A stretch of 64,000 nucleotides of DNA from a virus. The translations under genes and the position numbers were made by a program. The stretch is taken from positions 32,001-96,000 of IMG/VR virus record IMGVR_UViG_3300021602_000003. One strand, written 5' to 3'. Under the pieces are notes generated by a model. The model saw only the letters and a program-made list of their open reading frames with translations, ran no database searches and was not told the origin of the DNA. Positions 16,760-27,181 of the stretch are shown piece after piece; position 1 is the first letter of the stretch; the number at the start of each line of letters is the position of its first letter.

Positions 16760-17908
16760 ATGGCAACAAAGAGTTCAGCAGGTGTATTTGTTAGTTGGCC
16801 CAAACCCGATTTCGAATATACAGTAAAAACAAATAAGCACTTCGTGAGGAATTTTCACGGTGCCATGCTGTATGCTCATTATGAACTTTCGGCAACAGAG
16901 TTGAAGAAAGAAGTAATAAAGTATTTGAAATCTATCAATCTAAAACATCCATTACTGGATCGTATTAAAGATATGCACGAAAATAGATTTGCTACTGTGG
17001 GAAAGTATATGTATCTATTAAACCACGGATGCGATATACCCGATAGCGTTTTTCCTAAATTAATGCCCGCCTTGGAGAAAGTAATATATGAAGAAGAAAA
17101 AAGGCTTGCGGCAGTTGAAAAAGAATCACAGGATAGATCCGTTCTCAAAGTTCAAGAGCCTGTTAAAGCAGTTATCTCTATTCAGGACAGGTTGCGTGAA
17201 AAATCGTGTCAGATTGCGGGAGAAATAGAAGGATGGATAGACGACTTCTGTATGGATAAAAAACTTCCTGTAAAGTCGGTGGAGGATTTTGTGAATTTAT
17301 TTAAATCAAATGAATTAAAAGCACCGCATATGAAGTTCATACAAGCAGAGTTTGAAGGTCGACTAAAGGAGATGGCCGAAGCACTACAAGGTAAAGATAA
17401 AGAATTGGTAGAAGCATATTCTAATTATACTAATGCAGAATTGAAGAAGGCAGATTTATTTAATAGAAACTTATTCAAGGCATGCGCCATGATGCAAGAA
17501 TCAGCAAAGGTAGAAAGAGCACCCCGTAAAAAGAAACTTGTTTCTGCCGATAAAGTTGTATCTAAATTAAAATATAAGAAGGATGATAAAACACTGGGTA
17601 TTGTTAGTTTGAATCCTACACAAATAATTGGTGCTAAGGAAGTATGGACTTACAATGTTAGAACACGCAAATTATCTCAGTACAAAGCAGTTGACGCAGG
17701 AGGACTCGGTGTTAAAGGCGCAAGTTTACTGAATTATTCGTCTGATTCTTTAGAAAAAACACTGCGTAAGCCTGTCGAGACGCTCGCAGACTTCAAGAAG
17801 GCAAGTAAGGTCAAACTTCGCACTTTTTTGAAGGATTTAACAACACTCGATATTCCGTGCGGCGGCAAACTTAACGAGAATCATGTTATTCTGAGGATTG
17901 ATAAATGA
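16760..17908 (+). CDS. conserved hypothetical phage protein
   Basis: Long ORF with AAGGA RBS. Confidence 0.75.
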   Translation: MATKSSAGVFVSWPKPDFEYTVKTNKHFVRNFHGAMLYAHYELSATELKKEVIKYLKSINLKHPLLDRIKDMHENRFATVGKYMYLLNHGCDIPDSVFPKLMPALEKVIYEEEKRLAAVEKESQDRSVLKVQEPVKAVISIQDRLREKSCQIAGEIEGWIDDFCMDKKLPVKSVEDFVNLFKSNELKAPHMKFIQAEFEGRLKEMAEALQGKDKELVEAYSNYTNAELKKADLFNRNLFKACAMMQESAKVERAPRKKKLVSADKVVSKLKYKKDDKTLGIVSLNPTQIIGAKEVWTYNVRTRKLSQYKAVDAGGLGVKGASLLNYSSDSLEKTLRKPVETLADFKKASKVKLRTFLKDLTTLDIPCGGKLNENHVILRIDK

Positions 17909-17937
17909 GATTATTTTTAGACACAGAATCGGCTTGA
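17905..17937 (+). pseudogene. orphaned original 5' end of exonuclease gene (MRLFLDTESA*)
   Basis: First 8 aa identical to the ORF at 18759 (MRLFLDTE) but with different codons; ATGA-coupled to upstream gene. Confidence 0.8.
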
Positions 17938-17967
17938 AAATGATAAATACTCTTATATAGGAGTATT

Positions 17968-18759
17968 ATGGCATATAATAAAATAGTGTATAGGGTTAAT
18001 TATTTAGGTGAGAAGATATATTGTAATGTTGACGAGACACCCAAGACTGCTTACACAATAGAACTTACTTGCGATAAATGTGGCCATATATGGGATGCAT
18101 CAACAAGTAACTGGTTGAATATAAAAAAACGATCTACATATAATGGTGAGATGTGTATAAGATGTAGTAGAACAGGGGAGGGTAATCCAGCATTCGGGAA
18201 GAACCCTCACAGAAATATGTCAGAAAGTGAACTACAGAATCTTAAAGATAATTTAAGTAAGTCTTTAACTGGTAAGAATAATCCAATGTACGGAAAACAT
18301 CATTCCGCGACAACCAGAGCATTACAGTCTAATAGTAAGGTGGATTTAATTGCAGAAGGAAAATTCAATATAAAAAGTTGTAATAGAGGTAGAAAAGCCT
18401 ACTATGTTTCTACTAAATCTAATACACAATTTCACGCAGACTCTATCTTAGAATTAGCAAGAATGATTGAATTAGACAATGATATAAATGTTATATCTTG
18501 GACAAAACATCACGGAATAAGAATTCCTTATATATTTGAAGGAAAGAATCATAATTATGTTCCTGATTTTTTAATAGAATTTAAATCTGGTAAAAAAATG
18601 ATAGAGGAAGTTAAGGGTAGAATAGATCCTATTGATATTGAAAAGGAAAAGCGAGCAATAGCGTTTTGTGAAGAAAAAGATTATACATATAGAATGATTA
18701 TGGGCAAGGATTTATCGGATTTAGCAAATTATAAAAGATTATTGAAGGAGACAAAATAA
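17968..18759 (+). CDS. homing endonuclease, NUMOD3 + TnsA-like PD-(D/E)XK domain
   Basis: GKNNPMYGKHHS; DSILEL, IPY..HNYVPDFLI, EEVKG. Confidence 0.82.
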   Translation: MAYNKIVYRVNYLGEKIYCNVDETPKTAYTIELTCDKCGHIWDASTSNWLNIKKRSTYNGEMCIRCSRTGEGNPAFGKNPHRNMSESELQNLKDNLSKSLTGKNNPMYGKHHSATTRALQSNSKVDLIAEGKFNIKSCNRGRKAYYVSTKSNTQFHADSILELARMIELDNDINVISWTKHHGIRIPYIFEGKNHNYVPDFLIEFKSGKKMIEEVKGRIDPIDIEKEKRAIAFCEEKDYTYRMIMGKDLSDLANYKRLLKETK

Positions 18760-19211
18760 TGCGTTTATTTTTGGATACGGAGTTTGTGGATTTAGTGCCT
18801 AATGCAAAACTAATCAGCATTGCTTTGGTCGATGAGGACGAAAACTATTTTTATGCTGAATTAACTGATACATACGAACTGAAAGACTGTTCGGATTTTG
18901 TTAGAGCAAATGTATTACCTTTATTGCGCGGTAAGAATAAAATGACACACTATGATTGCTCATTAGCAATTGCTAATTGGATTGAAGCAAGAAATGTCCC
19001 CTGTGTTATTGCTTCTGATAATCCATCCTGGGATATTCCGCATTTAAATAAATTGATATCACCTTTATGGCCAGACAACTTAGAAAAAATATGTATACCG
19101 ATCAGGGTGTCGGATCTTGTAGAAGAAGCACTATTGGTTAAATTTGGGTATGATGCACATAATGCATTGGATGACGCCTTTGTGATGAAGAAGGCAACCT
19201 TAGGATATTGA
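18759..19211 (+). CDS. DEDDh 3'-5' exo(ribo)nuclease
   Basis: LFLDTEF, LISIALV, FYAEL, WD, HNALDDA. Confidence 0.85.
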   Translation: MRLFLDTEFVDLVPNAKLISIALVDEDENYFYAELTDTYELKDCSDFVRANVLPLLRGKNKMTHYDCSLAIANWIEARNVPCVIASDNPSWDIPHLNKLISPLWPDNLEKICIPIRVSDLVEEALLVKFGYDAHNALDDAFVMKKATLGY

Positions 19212-19222
19212 TAAATACGGGT

Positions 19223-20080
19223 ATGAAAATATCTGAAATTATCACAGAAGGCTATCCCCCTATCCCGGTAGAATTAATAAATCGGATAGAACAACTATAT
19301 AATAGCCATATGCCTATAAAAGATGTTGCTATAGAAATGAATATGCCACTTCATAAAATCAGTAATATATTGTCTAAGCAATTAAAAAACCGTCAATTAC
19401 GTCGTAATATTACGTTTTCTCCGGAGGAGGTATCGCTGGTTAAGCAATTGTATGATGAAGGACTGCCGTTTAATGCTATTGCTGATAAAGCAGGCATGAG
19501 TAATGAGCGGGTGGTATCTCTACTAAAATATAATTATAAAGAACGGAAACCTCGTTGGAAAGGACACACCCCGACTACACCTATCAATACTCACAAATTA
19601 ATTTCATCGGAACAAAAACAGCAAATGATACAGATGTATATTGCTGGTAAAACATTAAAATCTATTTCTTCGGAAATTAAGGTATCTCCTTCGGCCGTCC
19701 AACATTATTTGACTAAATTGCCAAATTATAGTGAATTAAGGCAACAAAGTATGTCAGCAGCAGGTGATTCATTCACCCCTGGTAAGAAAGGTACGACTAA
19801 GGAAGAGGTAAGTCGGATGTCTCGACTATTCGTCGATGGATTAAGTATTGAGAGCATAGGAAAAGTGTTTGATTTAAATCGTAAGGTAATAGAATATCAT
19901 TTAAAAAGATTATCTAACTACCCAGAATTAAAACAACAGCGCACTGCATCAATAGATGCTCATAAAGACGACCTTGCAAGACAAGCGGTTACTAATATAT
20001 ATCGTGCTGGTTCGATTGGTAATGATCGATTACAAGGACCGGGCGGTCGAAGTAATCGCGGTCGAACTGCCGGTAGATAA
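19223..20080 (+). CDS. multi-HTH DNA-binding protein with capsid-targeting-like leader
   Basis: Four repeats of helix + LY..G....IA..; MKISEIITE start 5 nt after late promoter. Confidence 0.7.
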   Translation: MKISEIITEGYPPIPVELINRIEQLYNSHMPIKDVAIEMNMPLHKISNILSKQLKNRQLRRNITFSPEEVSLVKQLYDEGLPFNAIADKAGMSNERVVSLLKYNYKERKPRWKGHTPTTPINTHKLISSEQKQQMIQMYIAGKTLKSISSEIKVSPSAVQHYLTKLPNYSELRQQSMSAAGDSFTPGKKGTTKEEVSRMSRLFVDGLSIESIGKVFDLNRKVIEYHLKRLSNYPELKQQRTASIDAHKDDLARQAVTNIYRAGSIGNDRLQGPGGRSNRGRTAGR

Positions 20081-20114
20081 TTGATAAATAGTGTATCACT
20101 GGAGTTGATACACT

Positions 20115-20867
20115 ATGTCTGCACAATATACACCGAGATCCCTGCTAATTCGCCAAATAGAGCTTTTGCTCGGTTCTCAGATGGTGGACGTCGAACTCGA
20201 CCAGGAGCACATAAATTTAGGTATCACGATTGGTATTCAAAAGTTGCGTCAACAATCGGATGGCGCTAATCTTGAGAAAGATATCTTTTTACATATTACA
20301 CGAGATATAACAGAATATACATTACCGGACGAAGTTCAGGAAGTTAGAAGACTATATCGCCGGGGCGTCGGTGCATATACAAACGGCGGTATCAATTTTG
20401 ATCCAGTAGATGCTGCATTCTATAATATCTATATGTTGCAACCAAATAGGTCCGGCGGATTGGCTACATGGGATATGTATAATCAATTCTTGGAAACAAC
20501 CGAACGATTATTTGCAAGTCAGATGAATTTCACATGGGACGTAAATTCTCATACATTGAAAATTATTCGCCGACCGACAGCAGACGAAGAGGTAGCGGTG
20601 CGCGTTTATGCAAGCAAATCGGAAGATGATATCATTAACGATCCTTATACGGGGCCTTGGTTACGTTCTTATTCTACAGCATATTCTAAGTATATGTTAG
20701 GCGAAGCAAGAGATAAGTTTCCGGGGGGTTTTCCGGGACCGAATGGCAATGTTACTCTTAATGGTGCTACTATTAAGCAAGAAGCTCAGGTAGAGATGGA
20801 TAAGTTAGAATTACAACTACAAAATCTCGTAACTGCTTCGGATGGATATAGCTTTGTAATCGGTTAA
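20115..20867 (+). CDS. neck protein (T4 gp13-like)
   Basis: LG..MVDVELD.EH; LGEARDKF..GP.G.VTLNG. Confidence 0.85.
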   Translation: MSAQYTPRSLLIRQIELLLGSQMVDVELDQEHINLGITIGIQKLRQQSDGANLEKDIFLHITRDITEYTLPDEVQEVRRLYRRGVGAYTNGGINFDPVDAAFYNIYMLQPNRSGGLATWDMYNQFLETTERLFASQMNFTWDVNSHTLKIIRRPTADEEVAVRVYASKSEDDIINDPYTGPWLRSYSTAYSKYMLGEARDKFPGGFPGPNGNVTLNGATIKQEAQVEMDKLELQLQNLVTASDGYSFVIG

Positions 20868-20936
20868 AATAACAAAATTATTCAACCCCTGAGCGGTTTG
20901 TGTATAACTACATAAACATTAACTTAGGGGTTTCTT

Positions 20937-21569
20937 ATGATTGTAGGCCTACTCGGATTCATTAATAGCGGTAAAGGTACTGTTGCATCGCAACTTGTCA
21001 ATAGATATGATTTTAGGCAAGATAGTTTTGCAGCAGGTTTGAAAGATGCTTGTGCCGTTATGTTTGATTGGCCCAGGCATATGCTCGAAGGCGATACAAA
21101 GGAGTCTCGGGAATGGCGTGAAATTGTAGACCCGTGGTGGGCCGAACAATTGAACATGCCTAATTTTAGTCCCAGACTTGCCTTGCAAGTAATTGGTACA
21201 GATGTTATGCGTAATAACTTCCATCAAGATATGTGGTTCTTAACACTTCGAAACAGAATTCGTAAAAATCCTGATCAGAATGTAGTTATTAGTGATGTTC
21301 GTTTTCCTAACGAAATAAAATTTATTCAAGAGCAAGGCGGCACGTTAATTAAGGTAAATCGTGGCCCTGCACCCATTTGGTATGAGACAGCTATCTTAGC
21401 AAATAGGGGTAATTCCATTGCTAAAGCAGTGATGACTGAAACATATTCTGCTGCTCATTTAAGTGAATGGGCATGGGTGGGGTCAAAAATTGATTATGAG
21501 CTAAATAATGATAGTACATTAGAAAGTCTAGAAGGTCAGGTCCAGAAAATATTCTCCAATAAATTATAA
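20937..21569 (+). CDS. deoxynucleoside monophosphate kinase (T4 gp1-like)
   Basis: GFINSGKGT, SFA..LKD, PR..LQ..GTD, ISDVRFPNE, HLSE. Confidence 0.92.
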   Translation: MIVGLLGFINSGKGTVASQLVNRYDFRQDSFAAGLKDACAVMFDWPRHMLEGDTKESREWREIVDPWWAEQLNMPNFSPRLALQVIGTDVMRNNFHQDMWFLTLRNRIRKNPDQNVVISDVRFPNEIKFIQEQGGTLIKVNRGPAPIWYETAILANRGNSIAKAVMTETYSAAHLSEWAWVGSKIDYELNNDSTLESLEGQVQKIFSNKL

Positions 21570-21656
21570 GATTGGTGCTTTATTTGCAGCATATTTAACA
21601 CCCTTCCTGATAAATACTAGCAACAAGAAGAAACATCTTCAATAGGAGTTAAATAT

Positions 21657-24203
21657 ATGGCAGTTTTAGTATCCCCAGGCGTAAGTATTTCAGTTATCGA
21701 CCAAAGCATCAATGTTGGCGCAGGTCCAGGAACAGTTCCACTTATTTTTATCGCCACACAACAAGATAAAACCATTCCAGACGGAACAACTGTTGCAGTT
21801 GGTACAACAAAAGCTAATGCTGGTATTGTATGGTCTATCACATCTCAACGTGATTTGGTACAAACTTTCGGCGATCCTACTTTCTACTCAGTAAGTGGTA
21901 CATCGTTGAACGGGTATCCATTAAATGAATACGGACTTTTAGCAGCTTATTCCTATTTGGGAATTTCCAATCTGTGCAGAGTTGTTAGAGCAGATGTGGA
22001 TACAGCTCAGTTAGAGCCTACACCGATTGCGCCAACAAGTCCTGCAGCGGCAGGAACATATTGGTTAGACGAATCTGTATCTTCGTATGGTTTATTCATA
22101 CGCACAGGCGCACCCGGTTCTGAAATATGGTCACCGGTTACACCAAGATATGTATATAATTTTGCAACAGGTACAGCTAATGAACCAACGGCATCTACCT
22201 CCGAAGCAGATATTGCAGTGGTGTTTGAAACAGAACCAGGCGAATTATCTTATTGGGCATATTTAGAAGGTGGTTGGGTAAAATTACAAGATCCTACAGG
22301 TGGTACGAGCGTAGTTATCCAGTCTGTATGGCCTGATTTAACAGATGTGTTAGTTACTCAGACGTACTGGATTAAGACAGGTTCGGCAGCACAAGGTGCA
22401 GATCTTGTTTTAAGAAAGATGAGCGCATCGACAGGATCTTTCTTGCAAGTCGAGGCTCCGATACTTGTAGATGATGCAGCAGCAGATACTTATTATGCCG
22501 CAAATCCTGCAGGATCTAATGGCCAGGTATATATTAAGATTGCACAAGGTGCAGAATCTACCACACCAAATTTATTCAGATTTATGTTATGTACAGACGG
22601 TGTCTGGGCAGCACTGACCACTATTGTCGGTTCAGCCACAGCACCTACGGCAGGTCCGGTAAATGGTCAGTCGTGGTTTAATGCATTATTAGGATTAAAT
22701 AGTGCTGGAGAATCTACGGTAGATATTATGATTGCTGATGGCGCAGGCGCATGGCAAAATATCAATCTCCCGGGCTTTACTTATACAGTATTACCGGGCG
22801 CACCAACTTTATATCCACAACCTGCCGATCCACAAGATAATGTTCCTACTCCGGCATTAGATACAGGCGATATTTGGGTTAACACCGATGCAGTTCCTTA
22901 TCCTGTTATTAATCGATGGAGTGGTACTGCTTGGGTACTAGTTGACAATACAGACCAAACAACACCTAACGGCATTATCTTCCAAGATGCTCGTCCTAAT
23001 CCTTTATATCATGACGGTGCATATACAGGTGAGAATAATGAAGGTGGTACAAATCCCGACTTAGATCCTGATGCACCACAAGCTGCATTATACCCGAATG
23101 GGTTCTTATTATGGAATACACGCTATTCTACAAATAATGTTAAGTCTTGGGAAGCACCGTATGTATTTGACGGCGTAACAGCGCAGCCAGATGATACCAA
23201 TAACGACTCGTTAGGTCGTTGGGTAACTATATCGGGCAATAATCCAGGCGGCGTACCTTATATGGGTGCAGCAGCACAGCAAATTGTCATCGTAAAAGCA
23301 ATTCAGTCTGTTATTTCTTCTAACGAAGATATTCGTGCAGAAGATTTATATTTTAACTTAATTGCTGCACCTGGCTATGTAGAAGCCATTGACGAGATGC
23401 TTGTGTTGAACGACGATCGTAAAGACACCGCATTCGTGGTAGGCGATACACCGTTTACATTAAGTGCAACAGGCACATCTTTACAGAATTGGGCAACAAA
23501 TCATAGTGTTGCTTACGGTAATGGAGCAGATGGCCTTGTTTCTGCAAGCAAATATTTTGCTGCATGGTATCCAAGCGGATTAAGTACAAATGTTGATGGT
23601 ACAGACGTAGTTGTTCCATCATCCCATATGGCTTTACGTACAATTGCTTATAATGATCAAGTTGCTTATCCTTGGTTCGCACCGGCTGGATTACAACGCG
23701 GTGTTGTAAACAATGCAGGGGCAGTCGGATATGTTAATTCGTCCGGACAATTTGTTACAGTTAAGCTGAATGAAGGCCAACGCGATATTTTATATCAAAA
23801 CGGCATTAATCCAATTCGCGTTATGCCACAAGGCGGTATTGTTGTGTTTGGACAAAAGACACGTCAGCCATATTCGAGTGCAACAGATCGTATCAACGTA
23901 GTTCGTTTAGAAAACTATCTACGTTATCAACTGAACAATCTTGCACAACCGTTCTTATTTGAGCCTAATGATACAACAACACGTAAATCCGTGTTAGATG
24001 CATTCAACAGATTCTTATCTGAACTTATTACATTGCGTGGTTTATATGACTTCTTGGTTGTTTGCGACTTGAGCAACAACACACCTGCTCGTATAGATAG
24101 AAACGAATTGTGGATTGACGTTGCAATTCAACCTGTTAAGGCAATTGAGTTTATTTATATTCCTATCAGAATTAAAAATACTGGTGCTAGTTTAACAGTA
24201 TAA
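21657..24203 (+). CDS. tail sheath protein (gp18-like)
   Basis: LVSPGV, PWFAPAG..RG, INPI, RINVVRL, LFEPND, NNTPARIDRNEL, PVKAIEFIYI. Confidence 0.96.
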   Translation: MAVLVSPGVSISVIDQSINVGAGPGTVPLIFIATQQDKTIPDGTTVAVGTTKANAGIVWSITSQRDLVQTFGDPTFYSVSGTSLNGYPLNEYGLLAAYSYLGISNLCRVVRADVDTAQLEPTPIAPTSPAAAGTYWLDESVSSYGLFIRTGAPGSEIWSPVTPRYVYNFATGTANEPTASTSEADIAVVFETEPGELSYWAYLEGGWVKLQDPTGGTSVVIQSVWPDLTDVLVTQTYWIKTGSAAQGADLVLRKMSASTGSFLQVEAPILVDDAAADTYYAANPAGSNGQVYIKIAQGAESTTPNLFRFMLCTDGVWAALTTIVGSATAPTAGPVNGQSWFNALLGLNSAGESTVDIMIADGAGAWQNINLPGFTYTVLPGAPTLYPQPADPQDNVPTPALDTGDIWVNTDAVPYPVINRWSGTAWVLVDNTDQTTPNGIIFQDARPNPLYHDGAYTGENNEGGTNPDLDPDAPQAALYPNGFLLWNTRYSTNNVKSWEAPYVFDGVTAQPDDTNNDSLGRWVTISGNNPGGVPYMGAAAQQIVIVKAIQSVISSNEDIRAEDLYFNLIAAPGYVEAIDEMLVLNDDRKDTAFVVGDTPFTLSATGTSLQNWATNHSVAYGNGADGLVSASKYFAAWYPSGLSTNVDGTDVVVPSSHMALRTIAYNDQVAYPWFAPAGLQRGVVNNAGAVGYVNSSGQFVTVKLNEGQRDILYQNGINPIRVMPQGGIVVFGQKTRQPYSSATDRINVVRLENYLRYQLNNLAQPFLFEPNDTTTRKSVLDAFNRFLSELITLRGLYDFLVVCDLSNNTPARIDRNELWIDVAIQPVKAIEFIYIPIRIKNTGASLTV

Positions 24204-24215
24204 GTGAAATCACTT

Positions 24216-24251
24216 AATAAAAGGGCAGAATAAAATTTGCCCTTTTATTTT
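24216..24251 (+). terminator. intrinsic terminator
   Basis: AATAAAAGGGCA..TGCCCTTTTATTTT. Confidence 0.75.
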
Positions 24252-24328
24252 GGCAATTTTAAATACCTCTCGAAGAAAAATTCGACAGATTTGATAAATA
24301 GTATTAGCTTTTATAGCAGGAGAATAAG

Positions 24329-24946
24329 ATGGCACAGAGTTTTTCAACATTATCCAAATTCGGGGTTCCGATTGACGGACAAAATCAGGGTATTTTACAC
24401 CCTAAACAAAAGTATCGCTTTAGAGTTATGTGGTATGGATTTGGCGATGGAGTCGGTGCAAACACAATGACAGCAAATGTTATGACATGCAGCCGTCCTA
24501 AAGTTACATACGAAGAAGTGAAGTTAGATTCATATAATTCCGTAGCATGGATTGCAGGCAAACACAGCTTTGATCCTCTCGAAATTAAATTGCGTGATGA
24601 TATAACTAATTCAATTGTAGCTAGTGTAGGTGCTCAGGTACAGAAGCAAATGAATCACTTCGAGCAGACAAGCGCATCCGCAGGCATAAATTATAAATTT
24701 TCTATGGAAGTTCATTCGTTGGATGGAACAACAAATGAAGAAATAGAATCCTGGTTCTTAGAAGGTTGCTGGATTAATGCAGCAACATATTCCGAAGCAG
24801 ATTATGCTAGTGGTGATCCACAAGAAGTTACATTAACAATTAGATTTGATAATGCTACAAACTTAGCAGGGAATAATCCTAACTACAATGGACCTGATCC
24901 GTATCCGAACATTCCTAGCCCAACTGGCGGCACAACGTTCGCTTAA
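24329..24946 (+). CDS. tail tube protein (gp19-like)
   Basis: PKQKYRFRV, AGKH.F.P, W.LEGCW, LTIRFDNA; follows sheath. Confidence 0.9.
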   Translation: MAQSFSTLSKFGVPIDGQNQGILHPKQKYRFRVMWYGFGDGVGANTMTANVMTCSRPKVTYEEVKLDSYNSVAWIAGKHSFDPLEIKLRDDITNSIVASVGAQVQKQMNHFEQTSASAGINYKFSMEVHSLDGTTNEEIESWFLEGCWINAATYSEADYASGDPQEVTLTIRFDNATNLAGNNPNYNGPDPYPNIPSPTGGTTFA

Positions 24947-24962
24947 AATTTTTATCTACTTT

Positions 24963-24994
24963 AATATAGGGGCATTTAGCCCCTATATTTTTTT
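24963..24994 (+). terminator. intrinsic terminator
   Basis: AATATAGGGGC-ATTTA-GCCCCTATATTTTTTT. Confidence 0.8.
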
Positions 24995-25031
24995 AATTTT
25001 CTATAAATGAAAAGAAGGTAAATAGTACATT

Positions 25032-26267
25032 ATGTCAATTTCCTCTAAATTTTATTATGAGAAATCTTCTCATCATGCTGCGTATAATTTTAATCAGCAA
25101 TCTCCGTCCTTATTTAGAAACCAACCAAGATTTCCGTTTGAGTACTATATTAATATTAATTTAAATAATGTAAGTACAGCACAGTTCTTTATCTCTCAAT
25201 TTTTTAATGGGCCCGACTTAGAGCAGATTATGCCTTTAGTGAAAACAGTTGATATGCCGGCCTTTAAAATTGAAACTGCACCGCTCAATCAATATAATAG
25301 AAAAAGATTAAGTCAGACAAAGATAGCATTCGAACCCATCAAGATGGTATTTCACGATGTGGCTGATGGAAAAACATTAAAGTTTTGGGAAATGTATTAC
25401 AGATATTATTTTATGGATGGTAGCGAACCGGGTAAGAATATAGATAAAGGCAGGAGTAGTTATATACAATCTTTCGGCGGAACCTATTATCAAGATGGCG
25501 GTGGCGCGGGCGCAGGCCGAGGATCGCAAGGTCAGGCATTAGCAAATAGTATATCTTCTTCTACTAATACAGACGGCGAGAAGCAAGGTATACAAAACAT
25601 TGTATCAGATACCCTGGATAATCATAATTTTGGATTTAATTTACCCACAATTCAAAATATAAGAAATTTAATTCAAACAATAGATATATACCAGGTACAT
25701 GGTGGAAGATTTAATCAAGTAACATTAGTAAATCCCAGAATTTCAGCGTTTACTCATGATGTGCTAAGTTATGCGACAAGTGATAAGACACTCGAACTTA
25801 CGTTTACATGGGAATATGAATATGCATACTATACAATACAGAACATGAAGTTGGGTGCGGGAGAGCCAAACAATAATTCTACGATAGATCAATTTAAACA
25901 TGGCGACTTTCTGGAATTGACAAATCTTTCATTTACTCAATATGATCCGGATTTTATAGAAACACCGAACCAACAACCAGATGCACAATTTGTGGCTCGA
26001 GAAAATAACAACCTTCAGGTAGATATCGGAGATGTAACTGATGCAGGCGCCGGCCAGAGTACTTCGCCGTTTGCGGCATCGGACCCGAGACGATTAGATA
26101 TATCCGGAGTTAGAACTAGTTCTAGCGCAATTGCCGGAAGTGTAGATATATCTCCAGCACCAGTTAATATAAAAGATTCTCCCTTAATTCAGACAAGGCC
26201 TTTTAATTCTACTGCAACACCCGACTCGGCGATGTATCCTGATATGAATAGGGCGAGTGGTTCATAA
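25032..26267 (+). CDS. tail-tube-like baseplate protein (gp48/gp54-like)
   Basis: LVKTVDMP, NQYNRKR, FHD, LVNP.IS.F.HD tube-fold pattern. Confidence 0.65.
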   Translation: MSISSKFYYEKSSHHAAYNFNQQSPSLFRNQPRFPFEYYININLNNVSTAQFFISQFFNGPDLEQIMPLVKTVDMPAFKIETAPLNQYNRKRLSQTKIAFEPIKMVFHDVADGKTLKFWEMYYRYYFMDGSEPGKNIDKGRSSYIQSFGGTYYQDGGGAGAGRGSQGQALANSISSSTNTDGEKQGIQNIVSDTLDNHNFGFNLPTIQNIRNLIQTIDIYQVHGGRFNQVTLVNPRISAFTHDVLSYATSDKTLELTFTWEYEYAYYTIQNMKLGAGEPNNNSTIDQFKHGDFLELTNLSFTQYDPDFIETPNQQPDAQFVARENNNLQVDIGDVTDAGAGQSTSPFAASDPRRLDISGVRTSSSAIAGSVDISPAPVNIKDSPLIQTRPFNSTATPDSAMYPDMNRASGS

Positions 26268-26740
26268 TGGCTAATTCTAATATCTCTTCAATCGGTCGCT
26301 TTAGTTCTCAGATGCTAACGTATCTGGGTACACAAAGAACTGTTAAGAATGTATTCGGCGGAGTAGGTAATACATATAAGTATGCAACTGGAACGACAGT
26401 ATTTCCGAGTCCCGGTAGTATTTCTCAGGCTGCGTTAGGTGCCGGCGTACCGGGTAGTTATTCTTTATCCGACTATAATTCGGTATTATGTTATTTTATG
26501 TCAAGAGGTGGCACTAAAGTCTATTCCGAGACAATGACTGGTCTAGCAATAGATATAGCAATTATACTCGGGATATCTCCTGCAGAATTATTAGTTAAAT
26601 CAGAGATTAACGGCCAAACAGTTCTTACGCCCGATGCATATAGGGCATTTAATCTGCTAAGAGATACCGGCAATCAAGTTGGCAAAGCCACCAGCGTCGA
26701 TAATAGATACAGTCTTCAGTCTAGACAGATAAGGTCCTAG
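26267..26740 (+). CDS. hypothetical virion protein
   Basis: Coupled ORF in tail module. Confidence 0.65.
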   Translation: MANSNISSIGRFSSQMLTYLGTQRTVKNVFGGVGNTYKYATGTTVFPSPGSISQAALGAGVPGSYSLSDYNSVLCYFMSRGGTKVYSETMTGLAIDIAIILGISPAELLVKSEINGQTVLTPDAYRAFNLLRDTGNQVGKATSVDNRYSLQSRQIRS

Positions 26741-27178
26741 ATGCGATCTTATGTACAAGGCCAGTATAAACCCATAAATCCAAGTAAATATGTGGGTACT
26801 TATCCCATAATATTTCGCTCATCATGGGAACATAAAGTAATGGTTATGTTCGATACTAATCCTAATATACTAACCTGGGCCAGCGAATCCCTTAAAATAC
26901 CCTATCAGAATCCCTTTACAGGTAAGTATACTGTGTATGTGCCTGATTTTGTGGTTACTTATGTAGACGCTAAAGGTAGTCAGAGAGCAGAGATTATTGA
27001 AGTAAAGCCAGCTAAAGAAACTTTCTTAGAACAAGCAAAGTCTCAAAAGGCTAAGGCAGCAGTCGCATTGAATACATTCAAATGGGCAGCAGCACAAGCA
27101 TTTGCGAAGGCGCATGGGTTGCAATTTCGTGTGATGAATGAAGGTAATATTTTTAATAATCCTAAAGGAAAGGGCTAA
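26741..27178 (+). CDS. head completion nuclease (T4 gp4-like)
   Basis: NPSKYVG, RSSWE, WASE..IPY, YVPDF, EVKP, KWAAA. Confidence 0.92.
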   Translation: MRSYVQGQYKPINPSKYVGTYPIIFRSSWEHKVMVMFDTNPNILTWASESLKIPYQNPFTGKYTVYVPDFVVTYVDAKGSQRAEIIEVKPAKETFLEQAKSQKAKAAVALNTFKWAAAQAFAKAHGLQFRVMNEGNIFNNPKGKG

Positions 27179-27181
27179 GTT

